Shown here one piece after another: positions 26,484 through 39,700 of a stretch of DNA of 64,000 nucleotides; the stretch's first letter is position 1, and the number at the start of each line of letters is the position of its first letter. The notes beneath the pieces were generated by a model. It saw only the letters and a list, made by a program, of their open reading frames with translations. It was not told the origin of the DNA and made no database searches. Both the position numbers and the translations under genes were made by a program. Where the stretch lies: positions 62,001 to 126,000 of the forward strand of contig KZ538010.1 in assembly GCA_000934665.2 (NCBI GenBank). Direction: 5' to 3'. This DNA comes from Catajapyx aquilonaris. Its lineage: Eukaryota.

Positions 26484-29400
26484 ATGGAGGATTCGAACAT
26501 GGATTCGAACGTGAGCAGCCCAGCAGTGCTGAGGAAGGAAGGAGCAATGCCAGGCAGTTGCGGGCGCTATTGTGCATTGTGTCGGGTTAAAAGGCCATAT
26601 CTCTCCATGTTCGCTATACCTTCCAATCCTGACAGGGCTCGACAGTGGCTGGATGTGCTACCACGCGGAATACAGCGGAAGGCACGTATTAATCTGTGCG
26701 AAAAACACTTTCGAGAGGAGGACATTGAGAGGAAGAGATTGTTCCGGAACGCGGAAGGCAAGGTTGTGGGCGAGCATCACATGCTCCGAGCTAGACTTAA
26801 AGAAGGTGCTGTGCCCCAGATAAGGCCCGACCATACCTATACCCGTGCCTATACTAGTGACTCATCTGCCAAGAACAGCGGTCCAGCTGCAATGTCTCCA
26901 CACTTACCTGATCACACGTACGTGAAGGGGCCATGGGTAGTTGATGAGGAGCAAAGTGCAGTTGCATCAACACAAGAAGGCAAGGTGGATGAAAATCATC
27001 GAGCACGTGGTGTCGTTATTAGTTTTGATAAATTGCTACGCCGCAAGTTAAGCAAACGATCAATCCAACCTGACCGTTCCCCAAGTGATACACCGACATC
27101 GCCATGCCCTAAAACATCTGGTAATGGCAAGATTACCCAGCCGTCAATCCAACCTGACCGTTCCCCAAGTGATACACCGACATCGCCATGCCCTAAAACA
27201 TTTGGTAATGGCAAGATTACCCAGCCGTCAATCCAACCTGACCGTTCCCCAAGTGATACACCGACATCGCCATGCCCTGAAACATCTGGTAATGGCAAGA
27301 TTACCCAGCCGTCAATCCAACCTGACCGTTCCCCAAGTGATACACCGACATCGCCATGCCCTGAAACATCTGGTAATGGCAAGATTACCCAGCCGTCAAT
27401 CCAACCTGACCATCCCCAAAGTGATATTGCAGAATTGTCATTGCCATATCACGCATCAGATGGTGAGAAACAAACATGTGATGACGACTCGGGCCAAGAT
27501 ATTGTGTTTTCCACCCCTGCCTGCCCTTCGCAAGACTCTCCCAGCATGGGACAAGAGGCAGTGGCAGAAGAGACATCAAAATGTGCAGTGAAAGACTTCA
27601 AGACATTAATGAACCTCTACAAAAACTCTGAAACTGTTACACTTCCTCCCCACTGGAACCGCATAGTTCCAGTGAAAGGCCCTATAATGGTGTGCTATTC
27701 TCAGTTGGTAAGTCATGAAAGAGACAGGAATCGTCATGGTGTGCCTGGTTTCCATAAGAGCATATCTGCTGATGAAAACGGAAAAATTACATGTAGTGTT
27801 GTGGGTGTGCCACTGGACATAGAAAAGTTACGCTTACCCCATGACAGGCTTCAATCCATGAAGCACTTGGGAGACTTAATATTTGAATTTGACAAAGTCC
27901 AAATATGTGAAGGTAGTATGTTGCGTGGAGATCTTACACGCGCAGGTAGTACTGCATCAGCATTCATAGACTGCCTTGGGTATATACGGCACAAGGACTG
28001 CGACCTGGTTGTAGATCATGTCAGAATGTGTGTGAGCTGCAAAAGCATAAGGAAGAGACAACTTGCAAGTATTCTGCAGGCGGAAAAGACGGTGTCAGTC
28101 CCTCAACAGAAATCTCCTGCTCTCACACCAAAAAGGCAAACGGAGTTACAGTCACTTAGGAAACTCAAGCTCAGATTTAAAGCAAGGAAGCTACGAGCAC
28201 GAATGAAAGTGAGAGGACTGCAGGAAGAAATTTGCAGTGCACAACTGGAGATGGCTGCTATGAATGACAAGTCTGTAGAAGATATGCTCGCCCAGTTGCC
28301 ATCCCATGAACGAACCACAGTAGCAGAAATTGTAGCAGCTTCAAAGGCCCAAGATGCTAATGGTAGGTGGTACACGGAAGATTGGATTCTACTCTGCCTT
28401 CTGCTGCATATCAGATCTATTTCCTTGTACAACTCCTTGCGCAATAATCAAGGTCTGCCCTTGCCTTGCCGGAGAACCATTTGCAAATATTTGGCCACGA
28501 TCAATAATACTCCTTGTGGTTTTGACCCTAATTTTTTTGACATGTTCAAGAAATACCTGGACCAAAAATCAGACATACAGAGACATGGAGTTGTCCTTTT
28601 TGATGAGGTGTCTGTTCGCGAAAGTCTGTCTGTGTGTTCCAAAACATTAACATACAAGGGGCTCAGAGATTTTGGTGAGAGGGATGTTCAGGGAACAGAC
28701 ATGGCGGAAAGGGCCACACATGCCCTTGTGTTCATGTTTCAGCCGCTTGCAGCGCAATACACACAGGCTATAGGCATGTTCGCCTCCAAAGGACCAGTGA
28801 AAGGGACTGCCTTGGCCCAAATCATAATAAAGGTCATAACTCTTCTGGAAAAAAGTGGAGCAAAGATTCATGGACTTGTATCGGATGGAGCCCAAACAGA
28901 TCACGAGGTGTGGTCTTTGCTTGGAATCAGCGGTAAGCTGCAACACCCTGGGTCTGATGAATGGAACAACTTATTTGAGCATCCCATGGATCCAAAGAGG
29001 TGCATTTTCGTATTTTTTGACACTCCATCCCTGGTGAAGAGTGTACGAAACCGCCTCTATCAAGAACAAGAACTTGTGGTAAGTTATTTCTGAATGCAAC
29101 ATCCTGTACCATGGTGTTTGTGCATTAATCTCAAAAGTCATAATTGAAATGTAGATTTGCCCCAACTCAACTCCCGCAAAATGGCAACACTTCGTCATGC
29201 TACATGAACAGGACCTTTTGCTCCCTGCTGAGATCCGAGTGTGTCCCAGTGTAACCTCGGATCACTTGGTCCTCAACAGCAGCAGCGCAAAAATGAGAGT
29301 TCGTCTTGCCACACAGGTAAGTGAAGAGTATGCTTCATGTCACGAGGTGGTCCTGTAGCCCTCCCACAGAACAGTTCCTGAACTTGCCGAAGAGTGCATA

Positions 29401-30736
29401 TAATTCACATATTTTGCAGTGTAAAAGACATAATCTACATTTACTTCCCTCTACTGCAGATACTCAGCAAATCTGTTGCTGATGGACTTGAATTTTATGC
29501 AGCCCAAGGAGTGAGGAGTCTGGAAGACTGTCTGGGGACAGTTAACCTTTGCCGGGTAATGAGTTATGCGTTTGATGCACTAAACCGGAAAGTATTACGT
29601 GAAGGAATTACTTCAGGCAGCACGGACTACAAGGTTAGTAATTTTTAATCTTTTTTCCCTGCACTTCATGACAGAGTCATAGACCATAGTACATGCATGT
29701 TTGACCATCTCTCATGATGGCAGGTATTGGAAAGTACTCTGCAGTGGCTGAGTGACTGGGAGAAGGGACTGCAGGAAGGCCAGATACTTCCAGGCCAATT
29801 CCTGTCTTCAAGTACTGCAGAAGGTCTGCGAGTAACTTTGCAATCCACAATTCGAATATGCCTGTACCTGAAAGACAAGTTTGAGTTCAATCATCTTCCA
29901 AGTGGCAGGATTAATCAAGATGCTCTTGAGGTAAACAAGCAATTTAGTGCCATCCTTAATCTTGAGCATAATTAATGTGTCTGTTTCAGAGGTGCTTTGG
30001 AGCAGTCAGGCTTGCAGAGGGTTCAAATGATCATCCAGCTACGCCAACATTTCTCCAGCTCTATAAGCTTCTGTCTGTTCGCAGTTTGCTTAAACCCCCA
30101 AAGTGTGGCAACTGCAGCACAAATGATGACACACCAACAGAGCCACCTTTGAAATTAAGCCACATTCAGGAAATCTTCTCCCAGGGCACTCCGGAACCGT
30201 CAGTTGTTGAAGCCTTGAAGGAAAAATTAACATTAATTGTCGAGACAAAGGAGTGGGAGTTCCCTGACATAGTGGAACATGATTACACTTGTGCCCCTGT
30301 TGTGGAATGTGCAACATATTATGTTACAGGATATTTGGCAAAGCAGATCTTCAAGTACTCAAAGTGTGACGAGTGCAGATCTGCTTTCATATCAACTGCG
30401 ACAAATTCTCAGCAGATTGCTGCAGAACTTTTCAACCTCAGGACCCACGGAAAGTTGATTCATCCTCACAATAAGTTGTTTAATTTCATCAGGTCAGTAG
30501 AGACATGCTTTGCCAAGTACTGCAGTCAGCCAGACGCATATGAAAGGACAGTAGAAGAGGTTCTGGATACGTGTGACCTCAGCTTTCCATGTGGTATTCA
30601 TAAAGTGGACACTATGACTTTTGCTGTTAAGTACTATTTAAACATGAGGATGCGACAGTGGACCACACAGACCAGAGGCCAAGAAGTACAGTCTGACAAA
30701 GACAAAATTAGCTTAATTTTGCACCACCTAGTATAA
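26484..30736 (+). CDS. THAP-domain P-element transposase-like protein (THAP9-like), 5 exons, open reading frame intact
   Basis: THAP C2CH finger (C..YCALC...P...W...LCEKHF...AVP) and P-transposase motifs LPLPCRRTI, LFDEV, FMFQ, VSDGA, FDTPSLVKSVRN, KMRVRLATQ|ILS, INQDALE|RCFG, YYVTGY and LIHP. Four GT-AG introns. Start ATG is 26484 or 26547. Confidence 0.9.
27060..27426 (+). repeat. Coding tandem repeat, 84 bp x ~4.4 (28 aa, SIQPDRSPSDTPTSPCP[KE]TSGNGKITQP)
   Basis: Units start at 27060, 27144, 27228, 27312 and 27396 (partial). They are nearly identical and preserve the reading frame. Confidence 0.97.
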
Positions 30737-31681
30737 GGAATGAAGCCAAGGGATAGTTATAGGCGCAAAGAGAAATGAAACAGGCCTGCAAAGTGGCACT
30801 TTACTCGCTGAAAAATGTGTATTATCTAAAGAAACCAGTGTCCATTTTAGAGCACAGTTGGCCATGATTTTGTTGGTTGCCATTTTGACCTGAAACTGCT
30901 GATGCTGCTGCTCAACATAAAGAGTTCGTTACATTAGTGTCATATGTTGGTTATGACCTCGGTTATGACTATTGTCACGGTCTGATGGTAAAAAGTGAAT
31001 TTAAAAAAAGTTAGGGTAAGTTAGGTAAGGTAATTTTCCAAGGTGAGCTTGGTAAGTTTGTATAATGTGCCCTTTGTTTATAGAATAATTTTACAAGATA
31101 CATACAATATATTATGTTCCTGATTTCTATGAAGAATGGTTTATTCCTGTTGTTTGTTGGTGTTCTTTTTCAGACAATTGTTTCGTTTTACCATTGTTTA
31201 TTTTGAGCATTTTTTTATTATATTTTTTTGCAAAATATTCTATAGGATGGAGTGAGCCATCAACAAGGAAAATTAAGGGTCCGTATCTAATGACAACCTG
31301 TGGTAAATAGCTTGCACCATATACCCACATTTTGGGGACAAGTCCAGTGTACATGGTTTCATTGGTTGGAAGTTCTCACAGCAGCATTGGAGGACACTAG
31401 ATTTGAATTGGCGGTTTGGGAGGCTTCAAGTGGTCCGCCGCCAGGACCGCCCCAAGCACCTGTCGCTTTGGTAACTGTGGAGCATTGTCGCCAATGGAAA
31501 TTCTTTTGCACATGAAGGTCGTTGTTGTTTGGTCTTTCAGTGAGTAAAAAAATGGATCTGAGTTGTTTCTAATGATCTACATAATATTTTGTGTGGAAGA
31601 TTGATTTTGTCTGGCAACCGTGAGAGATAATGTGAATGTTGGTCACCCTGTGTCAAGAGGAGGTGGCCTTGAGAGAAGAAC

Positions 31682-33698
31682 ATGTCTTCGAAATTCGCCT
31701 TCTGCAAGTGCTTCTTCCAGTCCAACATTTACCTGAAGGACTACGACCTACACGTCAACTACGTGAATGCGGCTCAGCTCAACTATGAGTACGGACCTGT
31801 AAGTTCAGTCTACTCCGCTGTCCCCAAGATTCATCGCCAAAACAGCTCAAATATGTAGCTCATCACCAATGATATAATTTGACAACTTATTCTGTGCTGC
31901 CACCATTTCAAATCCATTTTGCCCTCTGAAGAGTCGCAAATATGCACTAGTTCTCCTCATGGTGCAAGTCAGTGTCACCTGATGTTTTTTCGTTGTTGTT
32001 GTTTTCAGCGCTTGAAACACTTTGGATGTGAAGATGCGCGCAGCCTTATTCCAAAGGTCAGGGACTTATTTAGTGTGAATACAATCCAATGCCATTACAC
32101 ATCACCATTGTCATACTTTTCAGATAAATGAAGAAATTGAGCGAAGAAAAGCCAATGTAAAGAACACCATTGTACGGAAAAAGGAAATTCAAAGGAACTA
32201 CCAAAGAATTCATCCTGTCATATTTTCCATCCAAGTAAATATAGGTTATCTTTTATCCTATCAATTGAGCATAATGCTGTGAAAAGATATCACCACTGTT
32301 AAAATGCAAACGTCATTTCCCAGCAACTTGAGTTTGTCTCTGCCTGTATTTCAAAGCCTGTTTTTTATGTGGGCATATATGTTGCGTGTGTGATACTTAC
32401 ACTGTGCATGATCTCTCAGGGACTTAAAAAAAATCCCTGCAGAATCTCCTGAACAATCTATTGCATAAGATTAAATCACTTAAAGGGTGATCCATCTTGC
32501 AGGAAAAATTTCTGGCACCTGAATTCCTAGACCTGATCAAATTGTGCCAGAAATCATCTGCAACTGAGGCAAACCTGAAGCATCCATTCCTGACACGATT
32601 AGAAAAGAGGGTGTATGCCTTTCCGGTATTTACTCATGAATTTTGCAAAATGCTGCTTGAAGAGCTCACACACTTTGAACAATCAAACATGCCTAAGGAA
32701 AGACCAAATTCAATGAACAAGAAGGGTGTGATCCTCAGTGAGCTCGGTCTGGATGAAGCACTGCTGACACCACTAAGGGTTAATTACTTGCAGTCAATCT
32801 CGAAAGTCCTTTTCCCTGACTGGAGTGAGGATGGAAACTTGGACTCTCACTATGCGTTCACAGTTGCTTACGACGTTGAGGATATGAGTGAACTGGGTAT
32901 GCACTTCGACAATTCCGAGGTATGCATGAAGACTGAAGCAATTCTAAGACAGACTGATAGAGTATTCTTGATTGATCTGCATTTTATATTTCTTCAGGTC
33001 ACCTTGAATGTTTCTCTGAACCATGAGTCAAACTACACTGATGGAGAACTGTTTTTTGGTCCCATGAAAAATCAGACAGACAGTGAATATCGTTTTGGAT
33101 ACTGGCATAAGTACTGCTGGGGCATCCTGCACAGAGGCCAACACATGCATGGCGCCATGCCAATCACTTCTGGGGAAAGGCTAGTGCCACGTTTCTTTTA
33201 TAATGAAGTGTGTAAACGTTTCAGCTCAAGTAGAAATTGTCAGCTTGCACAGCCAATACATTTCATGCCCTGCACCATATCGTCCCCATAGAAGAGAAAT
33301 CCACCAAGTCCCATGTTTGTGGTTTTGAATCATTTACACAACCAAGTACCATGTTCTGTGCTCTATCTTGAAACCTATATTTTTGGGGGTTATGTATAAT
33401 TATTTCTCTTGTGTGATATACTGTATTTATACATCACTTCACTGTAAGTGTCTGTAATAATTTTTTTAAATATTTATGAAAAATTCCACCATACATTTCA
33501 TATTTCATGAAAATAAGTTGAGTTCAAATAGCATCATAATGACATCATCGACATGTTCTCACTTTCCATTACAGAACCAACCTCATAATGTGGATGCGAG
33601 CTTCATCTATTCGCAACAAGCAGTGCCCTTTATGTGATCAACAACCTCAGTTGCAGCCTGTGGAAGAAGGTGTTGGAGCAGGGTTCACAGTGGTGTAA
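31682..33698 (+). CDS. OGFOD2: 2-oxoglutarate/Fe(II)-dependent oxygenase domain-containing protein 2
   Basis: MSSKFAFCKCFFQSNIYL..YDLHV, FPVFTHEFC..LLEEL.HFE...RPNSMN, HFDNSE|VTLNVSL (HxD), HRGQHMHGA, ER|TNLIMWMRASSIRNKQCPLC. Confidence 0.9.
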
Positions 33699-33754
33699 CC
33701 AGACCCAGTCTCATGGCATTATTAAAAATGGCTTTAATGGGACAGAATATTTCA

Positions 33755-36700
33755 CTACATTGCACCTTGTGTCTTCCCTTTCTTCTTGTACTTCTTTTTT
33801 GTCTTGGCATTTTGCCTCTGCTTGTTTACTCGTGCTTGTGCCTCAGCTTCTTCCTCATTCAACCACATTCGATCATTCATCTTTTTCTTCTTTGCCTTGG
33901 GGCCCAATCCATGGCTTTGATTGGATGGTCGCTTTTGGGCCTTTTCTTCTTTATGGGATGATTCACCATTAACTGGCAAAGTCCGTTTCTCCACCTGCGA
34001 CTTATTTTTCCTGTGCAAAGTCTCCCCCTGTGACACTTGCTTTCCAGTCTCCTCTTCCGCTTCCTCTTCATCGCTACCATAATCAGCACACTCCTCCTCT
34101 TGCAATCCTGAAAAGGTAGCATCTCCAAGTCCTTCAGAAAATGCTTCCATTCGAGATTGCTTTGCCTTCCTTTTTGCTGCATGCTGCTCCTTGGTCTTCT
34201 GTTTCTTCTTTTTCTTCTTCCCTTCCTCACTTTCTTCTTGCATGATTTCCTCCTCTTCTACAAGTCCCTGTCCCTTCTTCTTCTTCTTCTTCCCTTTCTT
34301 TGCACCAGCTGTTTCCTCCTCTCCAATTTCAGCCACTTCTTGCAACCTGCAGCCAATGACATTGCTGTTAATAATGCATTGTCCCATTACTTTCTTAACA
34401 TGTGACAATCACATGTTTAATTTGCATATTAAATATCTTCCTAAGTGGCATCCTAGATGTGTGCAAAGTCACTTCATTTACATATCTATGGCCAGCAGGT
34501 GCTTCACTGACTGAAGTAATCCTAAATAACTCCAGTTTGAACACACTGAATAAGACATGATAATAGGTGTATTTGGCAATCCAAGACACCCAAATGATCA
34601 GAGTTGCCGGAATTCACTGATTACTCCGCTACCTTGCGAAGTAGAGGGCCAACCGTGTAGGTGTAACTGCACACAATCCCAATTAGTCAGTTTGCCAAGT
34701 GGCATCGTCCTGTGTAAGTCTGTGTGAACTCCCGTTACGCCTTCTTGGCGATCCCAAAATGCTGGTGCATAACTACACATGAACCATAGCTCTGGACACA
34801 TGACCAGAAACAGCAGCACCTGGATGTGTCCAGAAGCATTGAGTAATGTAAAGAAAATTTCACAGCAGGTGACGAAAGTTGCCACAGCAATCTTCACAGT
34901 GGAAAAGCCAACTTTTATCACCCGTGGTCCGCATGGAGTGCTCGTCTTTGTCAGCATTAGGGAATCGCCAAAAAGAAATAACGTGTGTTCACAAAGTTGC
35001 ATGACACACAGAAGTTCAGACATACACAGAACAATGCCTCTTGGCAAACTGACTCATTAGGATTGTGTGTGTAATCGGTGAATTCCAGGAACATTTTGAT
35101 CCTACTCCAGGGTAGAAATAGCATACCACTACAGAACCAGTGATGACATTGATCCTGCTACCAACCTTCCTTCCTGTGAAATATTGAGCGCTCTTGCTAG
35201 CTTGTTGAATGTCCGCTTCATGTCCTGGTCCTTCTTGACAGCCACATTTCTCCTGAAGTCCACCAAGGCTTCTCTCAGTGCCACCCACGAGGGAATTTGC
35301 TCTGGTTCTCTGGTCTTGTCCTTCTCTAGCCACTTGAGACAATTGTGCAGAGAAAAGAGCATGTGATACGTGTGACGCAGAAGCTTGGGCTTAGGAGGTG
35401 TGTCTTTTGTCTCCACTGCAGCAACAAAGAACTAAAAAGGAAGGAAAAACTGCTGTTCATTCCTTTGTACTTAAAGTGATGACAACCGTTACACTTCGGA
35501 ATGTGGACACAGTAAGACGAACCTTTGTAGCCTCTTCCAAAATTTCCTTTTCCAACTGCTTCACATTCTTTCCCTTATCACTTAGTAAAAGGGGCCTGTT
35601 TTGAACCAGCAGTGTCAGCATTGGTATTGCCTGAAGCCTCCTGAATAAGCGGACTTCAGCACTGAATGACGTCTTGGCTAACACGTTCCCCAAGGTCCAG
35701 GCCCCATCCCATATAAATTGAAGCGCCTGCCTAAAGAGTGACACTGGAAGGACACAGTCTCTCTCGTACAGGAACTGGGACAGGGCCGATGCATATACTG
35801 AGGCTATCCCTTCATGATTCTGCAGGTAGACGGAGGCCCGAAGAATCAGGCCGCAGGACTGCGCCAGGGCATCACCAACTTCAGCCATAATCACAGACAC
35901 TAGAGCCAAGCAAAGAAGAAACTGTCAGTTGCAGTCAATAACATTCAGTTCAGTGAATAGTTAAATTTTAAATATCTACCTGCAAGAATGGTCAGAGTTG
36001 TCTTTATGGCAGATTAAATAAGTACATGCAACACGCTTATTGACTACAATTGTTTACTAGTTCCCACAAGCCCTAATGCATGACTGCAATGGACAACCAG
36101 CCTCAAAGACTAGATGACATGCATTAGGCTTTACAATTATTAAGTGTTCCAAACAAGGAAACATTTTGCTACAAAAGCAACAAGCTACTATAAAGGAACC
36201 TGTATATTATTTAAGCGCTGATGATGTAACAGATGGTGCAAAAAAAGAGGTTCTCACAAATCAATAATGCAACCTAATTTGAGCTTTGTAATCGATAAGT
36301 TTTAGCACAAAATTCCCTCTGAGCCAGCTGTGCAGATTGCCCCACAAACACATCACAAACTTACTCTTCTTCCCACGTTCCAATACATTCTTGAGCATTT
36401 CTTCAAGCTGTGCCCCATCAAGATCGTCTGCATCCGTGAATTTCTTCGTTTGGGCTAGTTTCCGGAAGCACGCTTGCAGTCGACTCCTGTATGGCCCTTG
36501 AAACTTCTCTCTCACACTGAACTCGAGTGCAGTGAGAAAGGGGTCTATGGTCTGCAGAAGCAGCCTGAGGGGTTGTTGAGACTGGACAAACAACTCCAGC
36601 AGGTCCAAGACCCTAGTCCTGAAGTGCATCAAAGCAGTGTCCTGCTTTGATTGTGTCTTCTTTTTTCCTTTTCTCTCTTGCTTTGCACCACCAATTGAGC

Positions 36701-39700
36701 AGAATATATCCGCAAGGGCCTTATCCACACGCTCCATGGCAGCATCATCCATTTCATCCATGTCCACTGATTCCTGCAAATGTTTTTCATGTTACAAATG
36801 CTTTTAAATGTATTTATGAAATGTAATGGAACCCTAATCGGTGCAGACATTTCCTTCAGAGAAGCAATTTCACTACAGGCAGGATTCACTGTATTACATT
36901 CCAATCAAAAGTAATTATACTCACCACATCACTTGTACCCATCATGTCTCCCAAAGCATTTTGCACTTTAGACCTCAGCTCATTATCCACTGGTATAGGT
37001 CCGTCTTCTTCATCCGTATCATCACCATCACTATCATCATCTGACTCTTTCTCCTCTTCATCATCATCATTCAAATTAGCCTCTTGCTCATCATCATCTT
37101 CATCGTCCTCTTCATCTCCAATGTTGGCCACTATATCATCAGACTCACGAGGATTTATCACCTGCAAGGAACATGAAAGACTACTCAAGTTCTTAACAGC
37201 AGATATTTCTGTTGAGATCAGTTTACCTTCAAAAGCTGTCCCAATGCCGCAGAAGTGAGGTGTGGGCAGAGCAGAGAGAACAAAGAGCAGGCTGTGCTTC
37301 GAAGGACATGCTTGTTCCATGAGAGAAGAGACAGTAACAGTTCCATAACTACTTCAACCCAAACGGGCTCATCACCAGACTGGTCATCAATTTCTTCATT
37401 CTCCAGTTTGTCCAAGCAGCCATACAATTCCTAAGAAAACAAAACACAGCAAGTTACACTCATACTTGTTATGCTGTGCTTCCTCACATGACGATTTGCA
37501 TCAGAGACAGTATTTGTTGGGTATATTCAGGGACAAGATTTGCCACTGGAGAGTATGTGACTGATATGGTTTAACCTACATTCTGAAGCACAAGGTATAT
37601 GGTATTACAGAAGTCTCTACCTGCAAGATTTCCGTAGCCATTTTGGGATCTGTCAGTAAATGCAGTCCTACTATCAGTAGCAGAGTCAGGAGAGTTAGAT
37701 CTTGCCAACTGTCTCGTAACGAGGCTGCCTTTTTCAGCTTCTTATGCACTCGTGCAGATGCTTTGTACATCTTGGCCCACTCAGCTTTCACCTAAAATAA
37801 AGGAGAAATTGATTAGCTTGCAGTTTATTCCACACCAGTTTGTCATGTTGACAAAACAGGCTCCAAAACTCACGTCAGGCTCCATTTCCTGCAACAGAAC
37901 CGCCTCACCCCCAGTCATCAGCTTTTGGGCACACTGAACCAATGACCATAAAATGTCACAGGCATCCTCCCTGGAAACTCGGGTAAACTTGACATCCATT
38001 GCCTTGAACAAGCACTCGTTGGATATGTGCCCCAGGTCCCCTGTAGATGGCAAATCCGCAGACTCACTCCTAAAAAAGGCCTGAGCCAGAAGCACACAAG
38101 CAACTCTCTTCTTCCACTCCGTCTGGTTAGTCATATTTCGGTGAGAGAGCAACTTGGTCAGTTCAGACACAGAGCTTATACGATCCCGCAGTTCTGCCTC
38201 GGAACTCAGCAGCATATTTTCATAAAAATCAGCCAACTTAAGAACTGCCTCTGTTTGCATGACTTGGGTCAGTTGCTGAACTGTTGTGTGCCTCGTGTAC
38301 CTGTCAAATGTCAGGCTTCCAGGAGGCTTCAGAAATGCAGTCACTGTTTCCAGCTGCTCATCAGGAGTGATCTGCTCAGATGAGGTGACCTGGACCAGCT
38401 TAGTTACAAATGATTTTGCACCAAGTGAGCTTTCATTGTTTCGCATCAGAGAAGACTTCAGAAGACGTAGAAAAGTTGGAGTCAGCAATGAGCGTGGATT
38501 TTCCACCTTACTAACTGCCAGCTCCGCAAGGTGTAGCGTAAGTGAAATCCTCGCAGGGGTCTGACTGTTCAAATTGCTGTTCATTCCAGATTCCCAGAAG
38601 GGCAGTAAGCTGCTGTCCAATTGATCAGTCAATATCTGGTACGAAGGGTGACTGAGTGCGGCTGAGAGAACAGGGACATTCAGCAGTACATGACCCAGTC
38701 CTTCAAACTGCTCAGGCTCCAGTATGTCAGAAGAACCAAACGCTGGAAGGCACACGTGTGTCCTGAACCATTTTGGGAAGCGGCTGCGGATAACCAGATG
38801 GAGCCACAGCTTGTCCAGGGACTGGTGGTCCCAACCAGCAACAATGTTTGGACCCAGGGATGGCCAAATGGCCTCCTTAAATGTGGACTTGTCAACTCTG
38901 ATGACCAGTTCAACCAGGAAATTGTAGGAAAGTGTAGAAACGTAAATCCGCTTTGGTGCAGCTGCCAATAGCGATTCAGAAATCTCTTTCACCTCCTTGG
39001 TGGGTAGCTCTTGTCTAGCTCGTATGTAGGCACCAAAGGTCATCACCTTCCCCACAAGTGCATCGCCCCGCTCCTGCAAAAGCATTATTAAGCATCATCT
39101 ACTGACATACTTCAAGCATGTGTTCCTAGGTCCAACTAAGGTGTCTATTTCAGTTAGATACTTTCTGCACTAAGATGTTTATTTCTAGTTCCTGTTTTTA
39201 GCGCTTTAATTTATTATTTAGGGCATTTAATTGTGTTACTAGAAAAACCCTGGCTTCGCTCACTTCTTTCTACGCCTATGGCCTATGGTGGTGCAGGCCA
39301 CGTACACTGTACAGCACTCCCGATTATCTGGGCTAATGACTATACGAGTGTCTCTGGATAACATTGTACAACACTGATAATAATCTGAAAGTGGTCCTAT
39401 ATGCCATATAAACTAGATAGGTGATAATTAGGGCCATTCACACACGCCACCAAAATCATGATCTTCTCACCGGGTTACCTTGGTTACCATTGTTATTCAT
39501 TGTTGGCAACAATGAATAACAAAGTATAATCATGATCTTCTCTGGGAAGATCGTGATTTTAGTGGCGTGTGTGGATGGCCCTCATCGACTTTGGATCACA
39601 GGTGTACAGGCATAGGAAATGCTTAATCAGCACGGTGCTTTCACAGGTAGGAAGTACGGTCTTGAAGGCACCCTCCCACACTCAACGTCTTTTGGTGCAG

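Noticed and set aside
26996..27591. Repetitive ORFs in the alternative frames over the 84-bp repeat
   Set aside because: Shadow frames of the coding VNTR.
26314..31650. 11-bp inverted match CAGGGTGACCA / TGGTCACCCTG as TIRs of the THAP transposase
   Set aside because: The flanks (AGGTGGCG vs TGTCAAGA) show no TSD, and both sites sit at promoter positions of neighbouring host genes.
34598..35060. 149-aa and 93-aa ORFs nested in a MYBBP1A intron
   Set aside because: No recognisable domain. Their apparent similarity (HRTMPLGKLT) comes from the inverted arms of the MITE-like element.
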